Assembly: GCA_965261395.1 (NCBI GenBank)
Contig: OZ253462.1
Location: 4,032,001 to 4,096,000 of the forward strand
DNA length: 64,000 nt
DNA from: Candidatus Latescibacterota bacterium
GTDB lineage: Bacteria > Latescibacterota > UBA2968 > UBA8231
Reading direction: 5' to 3'
Shown here: positions 8,700 through 17,727 of the stretch, in pieces
How the letters are laid out: every line of letters begins with the position of its first letter
Numbering within the stretch: position 1 is the first letter of the stretch
Notes under the pieces: generated by a model
What the model saw: only the letters and a program-made list of their open reading frames with translations
Databases searched by the model: none
Told to the model about the DNA's origin: nothing
Position numbers and translations under genes: made by a program

Positions 8700-8949
8700 T
8701 ACGGAACCTCGCATCAAATCCATCAGGATTACTGAGGACTTGATCATCGCTGACTTGTTCGACGGTCGAACAATCAGTGTGCCACTCGTTTGGTCTTGGC
8801 GACTTTCCGATGCAACACCCGCTCAGCGTGAAAACTATGAATTTATCGGCGATGGGCAGGGCGTTCACTGGCCGGATATCGATGAAGACATCAGTGCAGA
8901 AGGCATGTTGATGGGCACACCTGCACAGCCCGCTAAACAGCGTGTGTAA
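8683..8949 (+). CDS. DUF2442 family protein (putative toxin-antitoxin component)
   Basis: DGRTISVPL.W..RL..AT..QR...GVHWPDIDEDIS signature. Confidence 0.88.
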   Translation: MNTVNNTEPRIKSIRITEDLIIADLFDGRTISVPLVWSWRLSDATPAQRENYEFIGDGQGVHWPDIDEDISAEGMLMGTPAQPAKQRV

Positions 8950-8991
8950 CTCAATCTGTAGCGGGGCTGGTGCTGGTCAGCGAAAGTAATC

Positions 8992-9990
8992 CTACAACTC
9001 CACCCGCCTCCCACTGCGGGCCGACTCAAAAGCCGCCTCGACCACTCTGAGCGTGCCGTCGGCATGGTCGGCCATATAGGCGGGAGTCTCTTCTCCGCGC
9101 AGACATTGCTGGAAAAAGTCAATGGCCGGCTGGAAAGGCGGCGTGCCGGTCTGGAAGGTCTCGCTGCGGTTCTCATTGGAGCCGCTGACCACGTCAAAAC
9201 TGCTCTCCGCGCCGGGATGGTACGGGGAGGGTACAACCAGTCGGCCTTGGTCTCCAGTGATGAGGGCATGAGGCCCGCCGCGACCATCGAAACCGCAGTA
9301 CAAGGTTGCGGTGAGGCCGTCGGGGTATTCGAGGATGAGCGAGGTGGCCACGTCCACCCCGGCTTGCGCGTCAAAGCGCATGTGCGCCTGAACGCTAACC
9401 GGGTCGGTGCCAGCGATGAAGCGCGAAAAGGTGATGGGGTACGCGCCGCCGTCGTAAATGCTGCCGCCGCCCAACGCTTTAATCAGGCGGATGTTGCTGG
9501 GGTCGTCGATGAAGTAGGTCATGCCGGCGTTAATGTGGCGCAGGGTGCCGATTTTGCCGGCGGCGATGATTTCCTTGAGACGGCGGCTTTGGGGATGGTG
9601 CATGAAGACAAAGGCCTCAAAGAGCAGCACGTCGGCCTTGTGGCAAGCCTCGACCATTTGCCGGCCTTCGGCCGCGGTGACGGCGAGGGGTTTTTCGCAA
9701 AAGACGTGTTTGCCGGCCTCGGCGGCTTTGATGGTCCATTCGGCGTGCAGCGAATTGGGCAGCGAGATATAGACGGCGTCGATGTTCGGGTGGTCGAGCA
9801 GGGCTTGGTAACTGCCCAGCGCCACAGGGATATCGTGGTCGCGGGCAAAGGCATCGGCGGTGTCTTGGCTGCGGCTGGCCACGGCATAGACTTGGGCACC
9901 GGGCGTGGCGCGGGCCGAGGGAATGAAGGCGGTGACGCCGATTCTGGCGGTGCTGAGGATGCCCCATTGGATGGGTCGTGAACTGGTCAT
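8992..9990 (-). CDS. Gfo/Idh/MocA oxidoreductase
   Basis: WGILSTARI, AGKHVFCEKP, GGGSIYD.G.Y. Confidence 0.92.
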   Translation of the reverse strand: MTSSRPIQWGILSTARIGVTAFIPSARATPGAQVYAVASRSQDTADAFARDHDIPVALGSYQALLDHPNIDAVYISLPNSLHAEWTIKAAEAGKHVFCEKPLAVTAAEGRQMVEACHKADVLLFEAFVFMHHPQSRRLKEIIAAGKIGTLRHINAGMTYFIDDPSNIRLIKALGGGSIYDGGAYPITFSRFIAGTDPVSVQAHMRFDAQAGVDVATSLILEYPDGLTATLYCGFDGRGGPHALITGDQGRLVVPSPYHPGAESSFDVVSGSNENRSETFQTGTPPFQPAIDFFQQCLRGEETPAYMADHADGTLRVVEAAFESARSGRRVEL

Positions 9991-10174
9991 TGAAGAACCT
10001 CCCGCAACCTAATTTTATGTAGTTTTAACAGCATGGGAATACTCTATATAGACCAAATAGCCCAACGAAGTAAATGCGGCCGGTTTTTCAGAGAGGAGGC
10101 CAGAGTTCCCAACGCGATTGCGGACTGCCGCCGGGATACTATCTTGATCCAGCAACTGGATGGAGACAATCTGC

Positions 10175-11404
10175 ATGGCAACGAAAACCACCGCTCCCAA
10201 AAAACTCTGGGCTGGCGTCGCAAAAGTCGATATCACCAATACGGCAGCGGACGCGACAGACGATCCGCTCTACGCCGGTATTGCAACAACAACCGCCAAT
10301 GACCCATTATACGCCAAAGCCCTAATCCTGCGCAGTGACCATACCACGGTGGTCCTCGTCACCGTGGACGCCGTGGCGATCGGCGAGATCGGCACCATCG
10401 GCAACGACTATCTGACCAATGTGCGGGCCCAACTGCAAAAAGAGCTGGCAATCGATCCGGCGCATGTGCTGATCAATGCCAGCCACTGCCACGGCGTGGT
10501 CTGCAAAGATGTCGCAGCGCGGACGGTGCAGGCCGTAGAAGCCGCATGGCAGCATATGGTGCCGGTAACAGTCGGCGTCGGCACCGGCCACGAGGACCGG
10601 ATCATGGAAAACCGCCGGCTCAAACTCAAAAATGGCCGTGAAGCGGATATCCGCCGCGCCTACTCGCTCCCGCCCGACGAACAAATCGCCGCGGTCGGTC
10701 CGATCGATCCGCAAATCGGCATCCTGCGGCTGGACAAGGAGGACGGACAGACCCTGGCCGTCCTCTATAATTTCGCCTGCCACCCCATCCAGGGCGTGCC
10801 CAGCGGTGCCAACACCGCAGACCTCAGCGGCTTTGCCTCCAGAGTCATTGAAGACAACATAAGCGACGGTGCCATCGCCTTCTTCTTACAGGGATGTGGC
10901 GCGGATATCAATCCGGTGCTCTATAGGGATATCGACAACCCCCCGGATGCCGAACCTCTGGGGCATATGCTAGGCTTGAGCACCTTGCAGGCGCTAAAGC
11001 ATATCAAGTGCGCGAAAGGCGACCCGCTGAAACTGGTCAACGAGACCCTCGAATTGCCCAGAGCCGACCTGCGAGAAGGCATCGAGGCCCTACGAGCCGA
11101 ACAAATGCGGCTATTGCAGTCTTTACAAGCCACTAGCCTCAACCTGAAGACCTTTGTACCCCTGCTGGTCAAATACAACCTCTCCGGCGAATTTCCCTCC
11201 TATGATGCCCATCGCTATCTGCACGAGAGAAAATTCGCCAGCAAGGGCCTGGACAAACTCGACGCCGACAACAGGCGGAACCTGGATCAGTACATCGCCA
11301 ATATGCATACTATGGAAGAGCTGACCCGGATCCAGATCAACTTGGACCTGCGGAAATACTGCAAAGGTTATAATGTCTATACCCGTCATCTTCGACGCCG
11401 ATAG
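10175..11404 (+). pseudogene. Neutral/alkaline ceramidase-like hydrolase, apparently 3'-truncated
   Basis: AGVAKVDIT, DPLYAKAL, NASHCH, NFACHP and FLQGCGADINP motifs. The last ~17 aa are atypical and overlap a TATAAT box, and the expected C-terminal PGE/GY.NG segment is absent. Confidence 0.55.
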
Positions 11405-11445
11405 CGGCAGCCAAGTCCAACAATACCAACAATAGAGAGGGAACC

Positions 11446-12621
11446 ATGGCCCAGCGCAAAAAGATCGCCGCCATTATCACCGAATACCGCGTCCCGGCGC
11501 ACGCCGACGTCATTGTCGGCAAGTTCATCAAGGGTTTTCCCACTGACGAGGGCATGCAGGAGCCGCAGGTGGATATCGCCTCCATGTACCTGGACCAGAT
11601 ACCCGACAATGATATCGGCCTACAAGTATCCAAAGAATACGATATACCCGTGTACCAGAGCATCCCCGCGGCGCTGTGTCTGGGTGGCGGCAAATTGGCC
11701 GTCGACGGCGTAATTTCCATTGGCGAACACGGCACGTACGCCTTCAACGAGAAGGGCCAGCACATGTATCCCCGGCGCTTTTTCTTTGAACAGATCTGCG
11801 GCGTTATGGCCACCTCCGGCCGCTCGGTGCCGGTGTTCAGCGACAAGCACCTGTCCTACAACTGGTGCGACGCCAAGTGGATGTACGACCGGGCAGTGGA
11901 ACTGAACGTCCCCTTTATGGCCGGCTCTTCAGTGCCCTTGGGCTGGCGCGACCCCTGGCTCGAACACGAGCTGGATGCCCCCATCGAAGACGCCCTCATG
12001 CTCAGCTTTGGCGGCATTGAGTCCTACGGCTATCACGGCTTTGAGGGCCTGCAGGCCATGGTCGAGCGGCGCCGGGGCGGTGAGACCGGTCTGGCGGCCG
12101 TGCAGTGTTTGGAAGGCGAGGCCGTGTGGCAGGCCGGCGCCGACGGCCTGTGGTCGCGCCAGTTGGCCGCCGCGGCCGCGGCGGCGGGCAAAACCTCGGC
12201 CGAACCCATGGAGGAGGCCTGCGAAAATCCAGCGGCCTTTCTGCTGGAATACAGGGATGGTTTCAAGGCCGCCCTGCTGCACTTGAACGGGTACGTCGAG
12301 GAATGGTCGTACGCGGCCCGCGTCAACGGCCAGGTACAGGCCACGGGCCTGCGCTTGCACGGGCCGCCCTATCCCCACTTCAGCTACCTGGGCCTCAATA
12401 TCCAGGAGATGTTTCTCACGGGCCAGCCGCAGTATCCGGCGGAGCGCACCCTGCTGGTAAGCGGCGGTCTGGACGCCCTGATGGATTCGCGTCACCAGGG
12501 CCATATACGGCTGGAGACGCCGCATTTGGACGTGCAGTACCAGGCCCCCGAAAACAGGCCCATCCGCCCCACCGGACCCCGGCCGCAAGGGGCGAGCACA
12601 GTGCCTTTCGACGGGATTTAG
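11446..12621 (+). CDS. Conserved hypothetical oxidoreductase-like (Rossmann) protein
   Basis: 391-aa ORF with RBS and strong codon bias; motifs HADVI, IGEHG.Y, PVFSDKHLS, FMAGSSVP and YGYHGFE resemble a divergent Gfo/Idh/MocA fold. Confidence 0.65.
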   Translation: MAQRKKIAAIITEYRVPAHADVIVGKFIKGFPTDEGMQEPQVDIASMYLDQIPDNDIGLQVSKEYDIPVYQSIPAALCLGGGKLAVDGVISIGEHGTYAFNEKGQHMYPRRFFFEQICGVMATSGRSVPVFSDKHLSYNWCDAKWMYDRAVELNVPFMAGSSVPLGWRDPWLEHELDAPIEDALMLSFGGIESYGYHGFEGLQAMVERRRGGETGLAAVQCLEGEAVWQAGADGLWSRQLAAAAAAAGKTSAEPMEEACENPAAFLLEYRDGFKAALLHLNGYVEEWSYAARVNGQVQATGLRLHGPPYPHFSYLGLNIQEMFLTGQPQYPAERTLLVSGGLDALMDSRHQGHIRLETPHLDVQYQAPENRPIRPTGPRPQGASTVPFDGI

Positions 12622-12710
12622 GGCCACTTCCGGCACAACGGTCGCCTCTTTCCGCTGGCGGAAGCGGCCGGCCTTGTCAAGTCCGGTGTCTGCGCTTTGA
12701 TTTGCTCCTT

Positions 12711-12950
12711 ATGAATGACTCTCAAGAACAACTCGTCTCTGAGCCGCGCAAGGTCGGCTACATCTGGATCGTCTATTTGCTGCTCTACGCGGTGGCCGTT
12801 CCCTGGTATTGGCCCGAAGGGTATCGGGGGCCGCTGGTGCTGGGCTTTCCGCTGTGGGTGGCGGTATCGCTGGGGGCGGTGCTGCTGTTGGCGCTGTGGA
12901 CGGGCTGGGTGATCCACCGCTACTGGATTGAAGCAAAGGAGCAAGACTGA
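12711..12950 (+). CDS. Small 2-TM membrane protein, putative SSS-transporter small subunit
   Basis: Two hydrophobic segments with PWYW and LGFPLWV; TGATG coupling to the symporter. Confidence 0.75.
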   Translation: MNDSQEQLVSEPRKVGYIWIVYLLLYAVAVPWYWPEGYRGPLVLGFPLWVAVSLGAVLLLALWTGWVIHRYWIEAKEQD

Positions 12951-14401
12951 TGGGCGGCATGGTGTTTGGTCCGGGCGCGCTCATCGCGGTGGGGCTATAC
13001 CTGGTCTCGATGATCGGCGTGGGGTGGATTGCGCGCACGCGCCGCCAATCCAACAGCATGGCCGACTTCTATCTGGCGGGGCGCTCGATGGGCTTGGCCG
13101 TGCTCTTCCTGACGCTCTATGCAACCCAATACAGCGGCAATACGCTCTTTGGCTACACGGGTAAGACCTACCGCATCGGCTTTGAGTGGACGGCTTCGGT
13201 GCTCTTTATGTTCTCGATCATCGTCGGCTACATGCTCTTTGCCCCGCGCTTGGTCGCGTTGGCGCGCAAGGAGGGGTTTATCACCCCGGGCGACTACATT
13301 ACGCACCGCTTCCGCTCGTCGGTGCTGACGCTTTTGAGCACGGTCTTGATGATCTACGCGCTGGGCAACTACGCGCTGGCCCAACTCAAGGCAATGGGTG
13401 CAGCCGTCGAGGGGATCACCGACGGCGCGATCCCCGGCAGCTACGGCATTATTGGCTTGGCGGTCATTATGGTCATCTATGAGACCTTGGGGGGGATGCG
13501 CTCGGTGGCGTGGACGGATGTCATGCAGGGGGGCGTGCTGCTGTTGGGCTTTGGCATCTTGGTCTTCCTCATCCCGCAGAAGCTGGGTGGGGGTCTAGGA
13601 CAGGTCGTGGCCCAACTGAGCGAAATGGATCCGCCCAAGGTCCAAGCGCCGAGCTGGGAGGGGGCCAACACGTGGATCAGCTACGTGCTGCTGTTGGGCT
13701 GTGGGGCGGCCATTTACCCGCAGGCGATCCAACGGCTCTACGCCAGCCGCTCGGTCGCGGTGCTCAAGCGCTCGCTGATTCTGATGGCCTTTATGCCGCT
13801 GACCACTACGTTGGTGGCCCTGGTGTGCGGCTTGACCGCGGCGGTGGTGTTGCCCGATCTGAGCAAGGCCGAAAGCGACCAAGTGTTGGCCCGGCTCTGC
13901 GCGCTGATTATGGGTGAGTCCGCGCTGGGCTACTGGCTGGTGGTGGCGATCTTTGCCGCGGTGCTGGCGGCGCTGATGTCCACTGCGGACTCAGCGCTGT
14001 TGTCGATCTCGTCGATGGTTACCAAGGATATTTACCTGCCGTATTTCCGGCCGCAGGCCACCGAGGCCGAGCTGACGAAGGTGGGCAAAATTAGCTCGTG
14101 GATCATCGTCGTATTGCTGGTCGCGGTGGCTATTAGCACCAAGGCGACTTTAGTGCGGCTGTTGGAGCTGAAGTTCGAGGTCTTGATCCAGGTCGTGCCG
14201 TGCTTTTTCCTCGGGCTGTACTGGAAGCGGCTTTCGGCGCGGACGGCGCTAACCGGCATGGTCTGCGGGCTGGCGGTGGCACTGGGGTTGACCTTGGGGG
14301 GCAAACCGATGATCTGGGGCTTCCACGCCGGGGTGATTGGTCTCGGTGTCAACACGGCGATCTGTGCCATCGGCACTTGGTGCAAACCGACGACATCATA
14401 G
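12950..14401 (+). CDS. Sodium:solute symporter family protein
   Basis: DFYLAGRSMG, GGMRSVAWTDVMQG and AALMSTADS motifs; about 13 hydrophobic segments. Confidence 0.95.
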   Translation: MGGMVFGPGALIAVGLYLVSMIGVGWIARTRRQSNSMADFYLAGRSMGLAVLFLTLYATQYSGNTLFGYTGKTYRIGFEWTASVLFMFSIIVGYMLFAPRLVALARKEGFITPGDYITHRFRSSVLTLLSTVLMIYALGNYALAQLKAMGAAVEGITDGAIPGSYGIIGLAVIMVIYETLGGMRSVAWTDVMQGGVLLLGFGILVFLIPQKLGGGLGQVVAQLSEMDPPKVQAPSWEGANTWISYVLLLGCGAAIYPQAIQRLYASRSVAVLKRSLILMAFMPLTTTLVALVCGLTAAVVLPDLSKAESDQVLARLCALIMGESALGYWLVVAIFAAVLAALMSTADSALLSISSMVTKDIYLPYFRPQATEAELTKVGKISSWIIVVLLVAVAISTKATLVRLLELKFEVLIQVVPCFFLGLYWKRLSARTALTGMVCGLAVALGLTLGGKPMIWGFHAGVIGLGVNTAICAIGTWCKPTTS

Positions 14402-14416
14402 ACTAAAAGGAGACCT

Positions 14417-15481
14417 ATGCGTCCAGCATCCAAGCAATTTCTCGTCGATCTGCTCAGTGCTCCCGGCCCTTCGGGGTACGAGGGGCCGGTGCGGGCGGTG
14501 TGGAAGGACGCGGTGGCAGAGTTCGCCGACCGCGTCGAAGTCGATGTGCACGGCAATACCATCGGCGTCCACAACGAAGCTGGCGGCCCCAAGATCATGT
14601 TCGCCGGGCACGCCGACGAGTTGGGTTTCCAGATCGTGTACATCGACGACAAAGGCTATCTCTACTTTGACACCATCGGCGGCTTTGACTTGCAGATCGT
14701 GCCGGGCCGCAAGGTGCGCATCCACACGGCGCAAGGGCCGGTCTTGGGCGTGTTGGGCAAAAAGCCCATTCACCTGATGAAGGCAGCGGACCGGACCAAA
14801 GTACCGGACAAGCACGACTTGTGGATCGATATCGGCGCAGCCGACGCGGACGAGGCGCGGCAACTGGTGGCCATCGGCGACCCGGCGACCTACGACGCCA
14901 ACTTTGAGGAACTGCGCAATGGGCTGGTGGTGTCGCGGGGGATTGACAATAAGGCCGGTGCTTGGGTGGTCGCCGAGGCGCTCCGGCGGGTCAGCCGCGC
15001 CAAGCGCAAATGCCGCGCCGCGGTGTATGCGGTGGCCACCGCGCAGGAGGAAGTGGGGATGCGTGGAGCCAAGACTAGCGCCTATGGGGTAGACCCGCTG
15101 GTGGGTATTGCCGTGGATGTTACTTGGGCAACGGACCATCCAGATATTGATAAGCGCCAAGTCGGCGAGTGCAAGCTGGGTGGGGGGCCGGTCATTTTGC
15201 GCGGAGCCAACGCCAGCCCGGTCGTGTACGAGCGGCTGGTGCAGGTGGCAGAAAAGAAGAAAATTCCCTATCAGATCCAAGCCGAGCCGGGGGGCACGGG
15301 CACGGACGCCAATGCCATCCAGCTCAGTCGGGCCGGGGTGGCCACCGGCTTGGTCAGCGTGCCGCAGCGCTACATGCACACGCCAGTCGAGATCGCGTCC
15401 TTAGAGGACTTGGACCACACCGCACGGCTGTTGGCGGAGTTTGCGCTGACCGTCGATGAAAAGGAGAGTTTCATACCATGA
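14417..15481 (+). CDS. M42 family aminopeptidase
   Basis: PSGYE, AGHADELG, DNKAG, QEEVGMRGA, AVDVT, GTDA and RYMHTPVE motifs. Confidence 0.95.
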   Translation: MRPASKQFLVDLLSAPGPSGYEGPVRAVWKDAVAEFADRVEVDVHGNTIGVHNEAGGPKIMFAGHADELGFQIVYIDDKGYLYFDTIGGFDLQIVPGRKVRIHTAQGPVLGVLGKKPIHLMKAADRTKVPDKHDLWIDIGAADADEARQLVAIGDPATYDANFEELRNGLVVSRGIDNKAGAWVVAEALRRVSRAKRKCRAAVYAVATAQEEVGMRGAKTSAYGVDPLVGIAVDVTWATDHPDIDKRQVGECKLGGGPVILRGANASPVVYERLVQVAEKKKIPYQIQAEPGGTGTDANAIQLSRAGVATGLVSVPQRYMHTPVEIASLEDLDHTARLLAEFALTVDEKESFIP

Positions 15482-16584
15482 AAATAACGTCTGTTGATAT
15501 TTGGACCGTAGTGGTGCCGACGATCCCCGGGCGAGTGCATAGCCCGGAATGCGTGCCCGAGACCGGGTGGGACCAAATGTCCAAGCACATCGTGCGCCTG
15601 AATACGGATACCGAGCTGACGGGCTTGGGGGAGACCGGGCGCGGTGAGGCGATAGAACAGGTCCGCGCAGGGGCGGCCCAGCTCTTGGGCAAAGACCCCG
15701 AGCAACTGACCTTGCAGGATATTTTTGCCGCCCGTCACGACGGCACGGAGGAGTTGCCCACAGTGGGGGGCGGACCGGCGTACGGCGCCTTTGAGATGGC
15801 GGTCTTTGACTTGGTGGGCAAAGCTCGCCAAGTGCCGGTACACGCGCTGCTGGGCGGTGCGGTACGCGACCGAGTGCGGGCCGATTACTGGATGGGGCAC
15901 CTGACGGTTGAAGACGGCAAGCGAGCGGTTGAACGGGCGCTCGCACACGGATTCAAAGGCGTCAAGATCAAGTGCAAGATCGAGGAGCCGATGGTCGAGA
16001 GGCTGAAGGCCATGCGCGAAGTGGGCGGGGTGGATTTTAAGGTGACGGTCGATCCCAACGAGCGCTTCCACACGGCCGAGCAGACCATCGAGCTGGCGCA
16101 GCAGCTTGTAGAGGTGGGCAACGTCGAGGTCTTTGAGGATCCCATCCCAAAGTCCGATTTGGAAGGCTATATCCAAATCCACGAGGCGATTGACCTGCCG
16201 GTAGCCATGCACGTGGGGAGCGGGCCAGCTATCATCCGCGCCATCAAGGCCGAGGTAGTCGATTGTTTTAACTTGGGTGGCAGCCTCGTCGGTTTTCAAA
16301 AGAATGCGGCGGTAGCGGCGGCGGCGGGCCTGCGCTGCTGGCACGGCTCGGGCAATGACTTGGGAATTGTCGATACCTCGTACGTCCACGCGGCCGCGGC
16401 CGCGCCCAACTGCACGATGGCTTCGGATTTTGTGGGGAGCTGGACCCGCGAGGACGATCTGATCGTCGAGCCGATTCCTTTTGTCGATGGGTACGTGCCC
16501 ACGCCCATGCAGCCGGGCTTGGGCTGTGTGCTGGACGAAAAAGCCTTGGTGCGCTACGTTCGGGGAAGCGAAACCGCCTCTTGA
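15478..16584 (+). CDS. Mandelate racemase/muconate lactonizing enzyme family protein
   Basis: GLGE, EMAVFDLVGK..VPVHALLGG, KIK, VDPN, EDP and PGLG motifs. Confidence 0.9.
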   Translation: MKITSVDIWTVVVPTIPGRVHSPECVPETGWDQMSKHIVRLNTDTELTGLGETGRGEAIEQVRAGAAQLLGKDPEQLTLQDIFAARHDGTEELPTVGGGPAYGAFEMAVFDLVGKARQVPVHALLGGAVRDRVRADYWMGHLTVEDGKRAVERALAHGFKGVKIKCKIEEPMVERLKAMREVGGVDFKVTVDPNERFHTAEQTIELAQQLVEVGNVEVFEDPIPKSDLEGYIQIHEAIDLPVAMHVGSGPAIIRAIKAEVVDCFNLGGSLVGFQKNAAVAAAAGLRCWHGSGNDLGIVDTSYVHAAAAAPNCTMASDFVGSWTREDDLIVEPIPFVDGYVPTPMQPGLGCVLDEKALVRYVRGSETAS

Positions 16585-16659
16585 GCGGGGCGACCTATTT
16601 ACAAATTCTGTGCGTCGGGCAGTGCTTGGCGTACTTAATCCCTTTAGGAGGATACAATC

Positions 16660-17208
16660 ATGCGCAAATGGCTGGATAAAACCACGGCCTTGGTCCTGTG
16701 CGGTGCTCTGGTGCTGGTCGCCTGTGGTGGCGACGACGACGAAGCCGCACCGGTGGAGCCTGAGCCGGAACCGGTGGCTGAGATAACGCCTGAAATTATC
16801 GGCTTATACGGCACGTTGGTCTCCAGTTTTACGAATATTTTCTTGGCCGCGATTGTCGCCCCTCCCGGTGAAACGGTGTCGATACCAGGAGTAAGCGGCG
16901 CGGTGGAGGTCACGGACAACGAATGGGTGATCAAGGACTTCTCACCCGATGGCGCGTTGGTGTTCAACGGCACCTTGACCGTCGACAAGGCCAAGGTGCT
17001 AGAGCAGATGCCTGTCCCGGTGACAGGATCGGTCACCTTTTCTGGATCACAAGAAGGCGAGCTGACGCTCGATATGCAGATCACGGTTGGAGCCGACGGG
17101 AGCCTTTCTTCTACCGGGACGATAACTATTGACGGCGCAGAATTTGACGTCGCGGAACTCTCGGCTGCTGTCGCCGCTGCTGTCGCTGCTGCCGAGGCCG
17201 CTGGATAG
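16660..17208 (+). CDS. Lipoprotein of unknown function
   Basis: AGGAGG RBS; signal peptide with lipobox LVAC followed by an acidic/Pro linker. Confidence 0.75.
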   Translation: MRKWLDKTTALVLCGALVLVACGGDDDEAAPVEPEPEPVAEITPEIIGLYGTLVSSFTNIFLAAIVAPPGETVSIPGVSGAVEVTDNEWVIKDFSPDGALVFNGTLTVDKAKVLEQMPVPVTGSVTFSGSQEGELTLDMQITVGADGSLSSTGTITIDGAEFDVAELSAAVAAAVAAAEAAG

Positions 17209-17214
17209 TAGGCC

Positions 17215-17727
17215 GTGCCGTTTTGCTGTTTGGTCGCAGCCCTAGCCTTGTGCTGGGGCTGCGACCGCGGTCTCGATGCCGAGGCCACCGGGCAGACCGG
17301 GATCGCCGGTCGGCTGCACTTTGTCGGCGAGTGGCCCGCGAATGTGGGGCAGGTGGCCGTGGCCGTCTATCGCGAGCCACCCGCTTCGCTGGCCGATTTT
17401 TTTAGGATCAATGGCTGGGACACCGAGGTCGCGCTCGGAGCCGAGTCCTATGACTATTTCGTCCCCTTAGACGGGGAAGGCGTATATCAGTGGATTATCG
17501 TGGCTTGGCGCGAGGAGGACCAGTTCTGGGACTTTACCTCGCTTTTGGGCTGCTATCACCTACCCGAAGCCGACCGTCCTTCGTCGGTGGAAGTCGGCCC
17601 CGGAGAGGTCGCTGCCGGTATCGACATTGAGATCAACTTCGCTGTGTTGGACCATGAGACCGAGCTTAGCACTGCTCTGTGTGAGCGCGTTTTGCCTGCT
17701 GAACTCCTGGCCGAGTTCGGCCGCTGA
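17215..17727 (+). CDS. Putative lipoprotein upstream of TonB-dependent receptor
   Basis: Hydrophobic N-terminus ending CWGC; beta-rich body; operonic spacing. Confidence 0.6.
   Translation: MPFCCLVAALALCWGCDRGLDAEATGQTGIAGRLHFVGEWPANVGQVAVAVYREPPASLADFFRINGWDTEVALGAESYDYFVPLDGEGVYQWIIVAWREEDQFWDFTSLLGCYHLPEADRPSSVEVGPGEVAAGIDIEINFAVLDHETELSTALCERVLPAELLAEFGR

Noticed and set aside
12105-12950. 281-aa ORF in the track
   Set aside because: Mostly an alternative frame overlapping 11446-12621; only the last 79 codons (from ATG 12711) look like a real membrane protein.
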